Shown here: positions 57,784 through 64,000 of the stretch, one piece after another | Layout: every line of letters starts with the position of its first letter | How positions within the stretch are numbered: position 1 is the first letter of the stretch | DNA from: an uncultured Balneolaceae bacterium | GTDB lineage: Bacteria; Bacteroidota; Rhodothermia; Balneolales; Balneolaceae | Direction: 5' to 3' | Assembly (NCBI GenBank): GCA_964457025.1 | Contig: CAYWDK010000001.1 | Coordinates: forward strand, 30,273-94,272 | Length of the DNA: 64,000 bases | Notes under the pieces: generated by a model | Databases searched by the model: none | Told to the model about the DNA's origin: nothing | Seen by the model: only the letters and a program-made list of their open reading frames with translations | Position numbers and translations under genes: made by a program

Positions 57784-58272
57784 CTAATCGGATTGTTTGT
57801 TCTTTGGATTTTGAATACCCTCCGAATTAATGGCGTAGGTCTCGCCGGTGCTTCGGTTTAGTAACTGTATATATGGCTGTCGCTGGTTGAATGCCGGTTC
57901 GGCCAAACCTTTCTCATTAACCTTAATCTTGTTCTTCAGCTTCAGGCTTCCCTTTTCCGGGGCCATTACATAGACATTCTGATAACCATCTGATGTAATA
58001 TAATAGTAGCCTTCGCGGCCGCGAATCATCCGGATCTGATTGGTGGTAACTTCCGAAGTGTCTTGAGTCTCGGCATATTGCAACGGTAGAATATTGAATT
58101 TCAGACCGTGTTGTACATCCTGTACAAAGCCTTCATCATCAGGAGTCAACACTGTCTCGACAGGCTGGGAATAGTCAACCTTGCTGATAACCATCGACTG
58201 TTTGCACCCCATGGTAGTCACTCCAAGGAGCAAAAAAGCCGTGCATATTGTAAGTATTTGTGTCCTCTTCAT
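57784..58272 (-). CDS. Lipoprotein, unknown function
   Basis: 162 aa from ATG 58270-58272 (MKRTQILTICTAFLLLGVTTMGC, with a lipobox). It ends 13 nt upstream of the coiled-coil gene. Confidence 0.6.
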   Translation of the reverse strand: MKRTQILTICTAFLLLGVTTMGCKQSMVISKVDYSQPVETVLTPDDEGFVQDVQHGLKFNILPLQYAETQDTSEVTTNQIRMIRGREGYYYITSDGYQNVYVMAPEKGSLKLKNKIKVNEKGLAEPAFNQRQPYIQLLNRSTGETYAINSEGIQNPKNKQSD

Positions 58273-58290
58273 CTTGCTGCCTCTTAGCGT

Positions 58291-58326
58291 TAATTGATTG
58301 TTTTTAGGTGTGATGTCAATCAATTA
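58291..58326. promoter_or_regulatory. Perfect 10-bp inverted repeat (candidate operator) upstream of the lipoprotein/coiled-coil gene pair
   Basis: taattgattg (58291-58300) and caatcaatta (58317-58326) are exact reverse complements separated by 16 nt. They lie 19 nt upstream of the 58272 start. No U-tract follows on either strand, so this is unlikely to be a terminator. Confidence 0.35.
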
Positions 58327-58357
58327 TAGACAGCAAAAAGAAAAATGTTCCAGCTTC

Positions 58358-58906
58358 TCAGATACGCATCAAAACTTCAATATCGGCATCGGCACCAAGG
58401 TTCTGCCTGCCTTTCAGTTCGGCAAGTTCAATGATAAACGAATAGCCGACTACAGTACCCCCCAGTTCTTCTACAAGCTGGGTGGCAGCCTTTGCAGAAC
58501 CTCCTGTTGCAATCAGGTCATCATGAATAATAACCCGGTCCCCTTCTTTCAATGAATCTGAGTGGATCTCGACCTTATCTTCACCATATTCCAGTGCATA
58601 GGTAGCAGAAAGGATGTCGGAGGGAAGCTTACCGGGCTTACGCACCGGTATGAAACCGGCATGAAGGTCCTGGGCAAGGTTGGTTCCGAACAGGAATCCC
58701 CGGGATTCGATACCCACTACATGATCAATTTTTTGATTACGAAAAGGCCGCGCCAACATCTGAGAAGTCAGTTCAAGGGTATCGGCATTCTTCAGCAGCG
58801 GGGTGATATCCTTAAACTGAATACCGGGCTTGGGAAAATCCGGTATATTGCGGATGTTTGCTTCCAATAATTCAATAATACTTTTATTTACGGCATCCAT
58901 AATCAT
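58358..58906 (-). CDS. apt: Adenine phosphoribosyltransferase
   Basis: 182 aa from ATG 58904-58906. IPDFPKPGIQFKDITPLL and the PRPP motif VIIHDDLIATGGSA support the call. Confidence 0.93.
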   Translation of the reverse strand: MIMDAVNKSIIELLEANIRNIPDFPKPGIQFKDITPLLKNADTLELTSQMLARPFRNQKIDHVVGIESRGFLFGTNLAQDLHAGFIPVRKPGKLPSDILSATYALEYGEDKVEIHSDSLKEGDRVIIHDDLIATGGSAKAATQLVEELGGTVVGYSFIIELAELKGRQNLGADADIEVLMRI

Positions 58907-58974
58907 ATCTTTAAGTGGAGTTGACGCCCAAAAGTATAGCGATATTGATATAACTAACAAAGCTGTTTTAACGA

Positions 58975-59478
58975 ATGGAATCTCAAGAGCAAAATCCCTG
59001 GCAACAGCATCAGCAGTTTATGGCAAAAGCATTTTCCCTGGCGGAACAGGCCTATGATGAAGATGAAATACCGGTAGGTGCCATAGTTGTGAAGGACAAT
59101 AGAATTATCGGACGGGGCTACAACCAAACCGAACGGCTGAATGATGCCACAGCACATGCCGAGATGCTTGCTGTTTCGGCTGCCTGTGCTACCCTTCAGG
59201 ATAAATATCTGGAAGATTGTACCATCTATGTCACTTTAGAACCGTGTCCGATGTGTGCGGGGGCACTTGTCCATTCCAAAATAAAGCGGCTTGTATTTGG
59301 TGCCACAGACCCTAAGGCCGGTGCCTGCGGTTCCCTGTTCAATATCGTTTCCAACAACAAACTTAACCATAAGGTCGAAGTCATCCAGGGCATTATGGAA
59401 AACGATTGCGAATGGTTGCTCAAAAAATTTTTTAATGAGAAGCGAAACAAAGCAACGCCCGGGAACCGGTCCTATTGA
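58975..59478 (+). CDS. tadA: tRNA adenosine(34) deaminase
   Basis: 167 aa with the CDA zinc motifs HAEMLA and PCPMCAGAL. Confidence 0.93.
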   Translation: MESQEQNPWQQHQQFMAKAFSLAEQAYDEDEIPVGAIVVKDNRIIGRGYNQTERLNDATAHAEMLAVSAACATLQDKYLEDCTIYVTLEPCPMCAGALVHSKIKRLVFGATDPKAGACGSLFNIVSNNKLNHKVEVIQGIMENDCEWLLKKFFNEKRNKATPGNRSY

Positions 59479-60404
59479 TTGGGATCGTTTGTCCTGTTGG
59501 TAAGGGTAAGTTTAAAGCTCCCCTCAAGAATTGCCCCGAAAACCCCCAAACCATTTTCTACCATTGGTGATGATAAAGGATCAAGAGGTCCGTCAGGATA
59601 GCGAATCGGATCCCACTCTTTACTGAAATGAGTATATCGAAATCTCATTACAGTATTCTGCAAGTCATTACATGAAACAGTTGGGAATAAAATTCTGGGA
59701 TCGATAGAGGGATTGTCTATACCGGGAGGCGGAAATACGGCAACCATCATCTGGCGCGGAGAGATTTTGAGCCTCATCTCATCCCTGCCGGGCACATGCT
59801 CCGGTTTATCGACTATGTTGATCGGATTCCACCACAAAACCCCGTCGTTGTCGGTAAAACCCACTTCCATCAGTATGTCCTCGGGTTCTACTACATTTTC
59901 ATATATAAATGTGATTTGAGTTTCGCAAAACAGACTGTCGGTCCCCGGTGTCGGCAGTGTCTCTACATTGGTTATCTGGGGAGTCTCTACAGTACTGGTA
60001 ACAGTTCGTCCGTCAGAACCCTCTACAGTAAGCCTGTACTCTTTCTGAGGTTGGATGGGCTGTTCTATTTTAAAGTTTCGGGCAAAGTTTCCCCCGAAAT
60101 CTATGACCGTATCCTGTAATTCGGTACTTGTGCCCGCCTGCAGATCTTCAAAAAGGACCGTGCCGTTAAAGTCTTCCGCAGAATCGGTAAGAAAGGGCTT
60201 GGTGACATCTCTGACTCTGACATAATTGGGACTCTCGGTCAGGGAAATGGCACCGTAAACGGAAAAAGTTCCGAAATTCTCTTCCAGCGGATCAATAGTA
60301 CGGTCATCACATCCGTACCCCAATAGCAGTACTGAGACCAGGAGAAAGTGTAACAGGGTTTTTGTAGCTGAACTCATCTGTTTCATGATTCTAATAAAAC
60401 TCAA
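59472..60404 (-). CDS. Lipoprotein downstream of the TonB-dependent receptor (DUF4249-like)
   Basis: 310 aa with a lipobox (LLLGYGC) and beta-rich sequence. Its position directly after a CarboxypepD_reg-type receptor is typical for DUF4249 lipoproteins in the FCB group (from memory). Its 3' end overlaps tadA by 7 nt. Confidence 0.6.
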   Translation of the reverse strand: MSFIRIMKQMSSATKTLLHFLLVSVLLLGYGCDDRTIDPLEENFGTFSVYGAISLTESPNYVRVRDVTKPFLTDSAEDFNGTVLFEDLQAGTSTELQDTVIDFGGNFARNFKIEQPIQPQKEYRLTVEGSDGRTVTSTVETPQITNVETLPTPGTDSLFCETQITFIYENVVEPEDILMEVGFTDNDGVLWWNPINIVDKPEHVPGRDEMRLKISPRQMMVAVFPPPGIDNPSIDPRILFPTVSCNDLQNTVMRFRYTHFSKEWDPIRYPDGPLDPLSSPMVENGLGVFGAILEGSFKLTLTNRTNDPNQ

Positions 60405-60438
60405 AAGTTTATTTTGTAATTGTTACAGGTTGTATAGC

Positions 60439-62760
60439 TCAATTAAAAATGGTCGTGATTGAGATATAGGGAAGTATTGGCGTCTGGTTTACCTGCTGTA
60501 ATGTATTCACATCGAAGTAAAAGGGGTTTTTTACGTTGTAAGCATTGATAGCTCCGACTTCCGTCTCAAAACTGAAGCCACTGCTCACCCTGAATTCCCG
60601 GTTTAGGGAGACATCCAGACGGTGAAAGCTGGGAAATTCCCCATCAAAGGGCTCTGAGTATAAAGTCTGGGCAGTACCTGCGTCTTCTAATGGATCCTGG
60701 TCGGGCAAATCTCTCAGTGCGAGGTCGAAAGCATAAATTTTTGTAAATGGCCCCCCACTGTTATAACGCCAGTTGGCATTCAGCGTAAAATCGGCAATTT
60801 CATAACTTGCCACCACATTGAAAAGATGTCGGCGGTCATGCGATGGATTATATCGGAATATATCCGAGTCAAGCCAAGCCACAAGTTCATCTGTTGAGGC
60901 TTCATAGGTCACTTCCGAAAGCCCGTAGCCGGCTGTCAGGTAAAAAGGATATTTATTGAATTCTACCTGAAAATCCAGGCCGTAGGTGAAGCCGTCGGCG
61001 GAGGCCGTACGTACCGTATTACCCGGTTCGCGAGTCCATTCCGCAACCGGAATATTTGTTTGCTGCTTCACATAGCCTTCAAGATTGAATTCAAGTGATT
61101 CACTGATCTTCATGCGATAACCGAGTATTCCGTGGTACGCCTTCGGAAGGGGGTCTTGCTCACCGAGTGGTTTGTATACATAGAATACCGTTCCCGCATC
61201 ACGTTCATCGGTGATGCCCTCTCTCATTTGAATATACTTGCCTGCAGCCAAGCTGACTTCCTGGTTGTCGGTGCCATCCGGTTTCCAGGTGACTCTCAAG
61301 CGGGGCTCAAGCGTAACTTTCATGTCCGTATGTCTGTTCTGAGAAGTCAGTCCGGGTGAGATAACGAAATGTTCACTCGGTTCCCAGCGCATAGATATAT
61401 AGACCGAAAAAAGTGAAATAAACTCATCAATGGAAGAGTCCAGATCGGCAAATCGAATGGGAGATCCCGTAAGTTCAGGAAAAGGATCATCCAGTTTGGA
61501 ACTGTACTTGGTCAGGTTCCAGTTAAAACCGTAATCAACCGGAACGCCGAACATCTCGCCGCCATTATCAAAGCGGAAGAATCCTGTATTTACACCCGAA
61601 CTTCTTCCTGTCTCATCAACACCTGTCTCTGAACTGTTAAAACCCGACCACCCGAAAGTCATATCAATCGGGTGACTCAGCTCTTCGCGGTAGCCCAGAC
61701 ACCGAACACCGGCGGCCGAGTTGTTCCAGCTCAATTGGACATTTCTCTTCGGATTGATCTGGCCTTCATCGTGGGTAATTAGTCCAGTAAAACTACAGGT
61801 AAAGCCCGGCCAGTTTACTGAATAGCGGGCAAGCATATCATAAAATCGGATCGGCACTTCTCGACCGGTCAGAGTAGGACCGGTTTCCTGAATGGCAGAA
61901 TGACGCCCTATCACAAAAATAGATTGTTCGTCTCTTTTGAGCGGACCTTCAATCTGAAACAGTCCAAGGTATGGGCTGATAGCAGCCTTACTTTTGAACC
62001 GTCGCATATTCCCTTGGCGCAGGTTTACATCCAGAACGGACGAAGTAGCTCCGGTATATTCAGCTCCGAAGCCGCCTGCATACATATCCACACTGCTGAT
62101 AAAGTCCTGGGGAAATGCAGAGAACAGGTTGGAAATGTGAAAGGGTTTGACAATCGGCATGTTATCAACCAATATCAGGTTTTGAGCGGGAGTTCCGCCT
62201 CTTATGAACAGCTCTCCTCCCCTGTCACCGGTTGTAACTACACTTGGCAGTGTCTGAAGATAGGCACTGAGGTCTCCGCCGGGCCCAGGTGCAGGGACCA
62301 GGTCAAGGTCTTCGGCACTGATGGTTTGCATGCCTGCCTCCCGCCGGACGGCCCCTCGTGAAACGCCCACTACAACTTCTTCAAGTTCGGCCGTAGCCGT
62401 ACGCAAAGCGGGCCTGAATATCCTTGTTTCTCCGGGCTGCAACGTCAGTGTTTCCAGCAGGGTTTCATAGCCAATATAACTGATACGTATCTGGTAAGTG
62501 AGAGGCTCGATATCAGAAAACTCTTTAAATCCGTCCACATTGGTAACTCCGGTATGAAGGGTATCTCCCTGCGGTCCGGTAAGAATGATATTTGCCCCGA
62601 TAACGGGAATACCATCATCTTCTGAAATAACCACAAGCCGCAGCGTAGATTCATTTGTTTGTGCAAAAGATTTGCTGGGAAAGGTTACCAAAAACAAGGT
62701 ACACAAAAGGGTAAGCCCTGCTCCGCGGCACAGCAGAGAAAAAAAATCTTTAAGAAGCAT
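60439..62760 (-). CDS. TonB-dependent outer-membrane receptor with N-terminal carboxypeptidase-regulatory-like domain
   Basis: 773 aa with a signal peptide. The CarboxypepD_reg-like segment is LRLVVISEDDGIPVIGANIILTG...YQIRISYIGYE. The plug region is VVTTGDRGGELFIRGGTPAQNLILVDNMPI, followed by a long beta-barrel. Confidence 0.9.
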   Translation of the reverse strand: MLLKDFFSLLCRGAGLTLLCTLFLVTFPSKSFAQTNESTLRLVVISEDDGIPVIGANIILTGPQGDTLHTGVTNVDGFKEFSDIEPLTYQIRISYIGYETLLETLTLQPGETRIFRPALRTATAELEEVVVGVSRGAVRREAGMQTISAEDLDLVPAPGPGGDLSAYLQTLPSVVTTGDRGGELFIRGGTPAQNLILVDNMPIVKPFHISNLFSAFPQDFISSVDMYAGGFGAEYTGATSSVLDVNLRQGNMRRFKSKAAISPYLGLFQIEGPLKRDEQSIFVIGRHSAIQETGPTLTGREVPIRFYDMLARYSVNWPGFTCSFTGLITHDEGQINPKRNVQLSWNNSAAGVRCLGYREELSHPIDMTFGWSGFNSSETGVDETGRSSGVNTGFFRFDNGGEMFGVPVDYGFNWNLTKYSSKLDDPFPELTGSPIRFADLDSSIDEFISLFSVYISMRWEPSEHFVISPGLTSQNRHTDMKVTLEPRLRVTWKPDGTDNQEVSLAAGKYIQMREGITDERDAGTVFYVYKPLGEQDPLPKAYHGILGYRMKISESLEFNLEGYVKQQTNIPVAEWTREPGNTVRTASADGFTYGLDFQVEFNKYPFYLTAGYGLSEVTYEASTDELVAWLDSDIFRYNPSHDRRHLFNVVASYEIADFTLNANWRYNSGGPFTKIYAFDLALRDLPDQDPLEDAGTAQTLYSEPFDGEFPSFHRLDVSLNREFRVSSGFSFETEVGAINAYNVKNPFYFDVNTLQQVNQTPILPYISITTIFN

Positions 62761-62945
62761 AGTTAAATGACGGTAACTTTTGATTATAGACTAAACGATC
62801 TGAAATTAAAGAATTTACTATCTAACTAGTAATGTTAAATACTAAATTATGTTAAATAAAGCTTGAGTAGGAAAGTAGTTAACCCGTAACAGCTTTTAAA
62901 AACAGCTCAAAGTAACGTCTTGAAATCAGTTTAGAAAATTTATGT

Positions 62946-63371
62946 TTAAACGGAACTATCTTTAAACCAAGTTTTTAAATCTTTTATCGCAAAAGCTCTT
63001 CGAATATAGAGAACGGAAACTGCAGCCACAAATACCGTTACAGCCAGATAGAACAACGCACCGCCATCTCCCATGACTTCAATTCCCAAGGTAGTCATAT
63101 GAAAAAAGAGGGCTCCTGAGATAACTCCTATTGCGAGAGCAGCACCAATCCAGGCAGTCCGGGGTATCAACAGCAATATCCCCGCTATCAACTCGATTAT
63201 TCCGGAAGCATACCTTCCCCAAGGTTCCATGCCTACCGTTTCAAAAATATAAATGGATTCTTCGGCTCCGCTGAATTTAAAATAAAGAGTTTGCAACAAG
63301 ATGATGGCAGCCAGGATCTGAAGAAACCATGAAAAGAATCGGGCTCTTTTGCCCAGTGATATGTCACTCAT
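62946..63371 (-). CDS. DoxX-family membrane protein
   Basis: 141 aa with four TM helices and a DoxX-like pattern (FKFSGAEESIYIFETVGMEPWGRYASGIIELIAGILLLIP). Confidence 0.8.
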   Translation of the reverse strand: MSDISLGKRARFFSWFLQILAAIILLQTLYFKFSGAEESIYIFETVGMEPWGRYASGIIELIAGILLLIPRTAWIGAALAIGVISGALFFHMTTLGIEVMGDGGALFYLAVTVFVAAVSVLYIRRAFAIKDLKTWFKDSSV

Positions 63372-63435
63372 AACATGCTCCTGTTAATTAAATAAAGACT
63401 CAATCGTACTGAGCAACTGTAACGATCGTATCTTA

Positions 63436-64000
63436 CTATTTATATTCAACCAGCTTTTTCACAAGTGCCGGAATTCGGCTTGGCACTACCCCATTACACC
63501 TATTCCTGTTACCGATATCAAATGCTATTCTCCATTGCCTGCAAAGTATCCTTTGTGCATCCCAAAAACCAAATGATGGGTCATAAATATTGGTAGATTC
63601 TGAAGTCACGCCATTCACTTCAATAATAGTCAATTTCCTTCCAGCCTTTAAATCTTCAACCGAGGGCGTGCGAATATCATATCTGCCAAAGTAAAAGCCG
63701 GGTGCTTCCCTGCTTACCGTATCCATACGTTCTCTCAGGTCCTCGGTAATCAAAGCTTCTCCATCCTCAAATACGGCACCTCGGGCATGAGTGCCGATCT
63801 CAACAAGGGGGATAACCTGGCCTTTCTCAGGGATGTTGTACAAACTCTCACTGTATCGCTTGAGATGCTTTTTTGCTAGACATACCGCTCTTTTGTCATT
63901 CAGTATCAGTTCTTGCAACGTACTCTTACCGTCACCCTTCAGTGTCAACATCTTTTTGGTGGTAACCGAGAAAATATGTCCTTCTTCTTCATCCGGGTAG
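63436..64000 (-). CDS. ATP-grasp-like ligase, C-terminal part (gene continues beyond the window end)
   Basis: The reading frame stays open upstream of the listed Met to position 64000 (…YPDEEEGHIFSVTTKKMLTLKGDG…). LTIIEVNGVTSESTNIYDP resembles the ATP-grasp Mg/ATP-binding strand. The family is not resolved. Confidence 0.5.
   Translation of the reverse strand, partial: YPDEEEGHIFSVTTKKMLTLKGDGKSTLQELILNDKRAVCLAKKHLKRYSESLYNIPEKGQVIPLVEIGTHARGAVFEDGEALITEDLRERMDTVSREAPGFYFGRYDIRTPSVEDLKAGRKLTIIEVNGVTSESTNIYDPSFGFWDAQRILCRQWRIAFDIGNRNRCNGVVPSRIPALVKKLVEYK

Noticed and set aside
62761-62945. Possible riboswitch (e.g. cobalamin) upstream of the TonB-dependent receptor
   Set aside because: The region is AT-rich, with no GC-rich helices and no B12-box-like conserved core that I can recognise. 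It looks like an ordinary promoter region. An Rfam scan would settle it.
1-64000. Search for CRISPR arrays, IS elements, integrases, phage genes, tRNA/rRNA genes and canonical defence or toxin-antitoxin modules
   Set aside because: By eye I saw no regularly spaced direct repeats and no transposase, recombinase or reverse-transcriptase-like ORFs. No intergenic region is long or structured enough for a tRNA or rRNA. All spacers over 100 nt were read individually. A computational repeat scan and a tRNA scan would be needed to be certain.

Overview
This 64-kb window reads as densely packed core-chromosome DNA from a Gram-negative bacterium. Many gene junctions are short or overlapping. By gene content it most likely belongs to the FCB group (Bacteroidota/Rhodothermota/Balneolota-like). 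The supporting genes are SurA/BamD envelope genes, a CarboxypepD_reg-type TonB-dependent receptor followed by a DUF4249-like lipoprotein, a BatA-like double-TM vWA protein and a type-2 IDI. This taxonomic call is inference only.

I call about 60 protein-coding genes. They include:
- efp-accB, an NSS transporter, metG, a TrmH-like methylase and greA
- ugd-uxs (the UDP-xylose branch) and pta
- a complete sufBCDS operon followed by Nfu-type and A-type Fe-S carriers
- idi-2 plus a polyprenyl synthase, bamD, nadD and an LD-carboxypeptidase
- moxR plus a vWA protein, two SurA/parvulin chaperones and nupC-tdk
- two tandem 1100-1180-aa TolB-propeller/amidohydrolase fusion paralogues
- der, an isolated nuoI-like ferredoxin, a peroxiredoxin, a membrane-anchored AraC regulator and an orphan receiver
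- a rimK-centred six-gene cluster, an e(P4) phosphatase, apt, tadA, a TonB-dependent receptor and DoxX

Several genes use TTG or GTG starts: the NSS transporter, greA, the Omp85-like gene and its neighbour, sufC and the polyprenyl synthase.

I found no rRNA or tRNA genes, no CRISPR array, no transposase, integrase or phage genes, and no recognisable defence or toxin-antitoxin module. I therefore do not regard this as an accessory island, and I cannot point to a clear-cut novel system.

The best candidates for something undescribed are:
1. A POTRA-less Omp85-type barrel coupled to a lipoprotein with an SH3b domain and a caspase fold that has lost its His/Cys dyad.
2. A tightly packed DUF785-rimK-AstE/AspA-DUF952-M42-like-lipid kinase cluster that looks like an oligo-glutamate add/remove module.
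3. The tandem giant propeller-amidohydrolase paralogues.
4. An orphan intrinsic terminator in the greA leader, analogous to E. coli GraL.

All functional calls come from reading motifs in the translated ORFs. No database search or computation was run.
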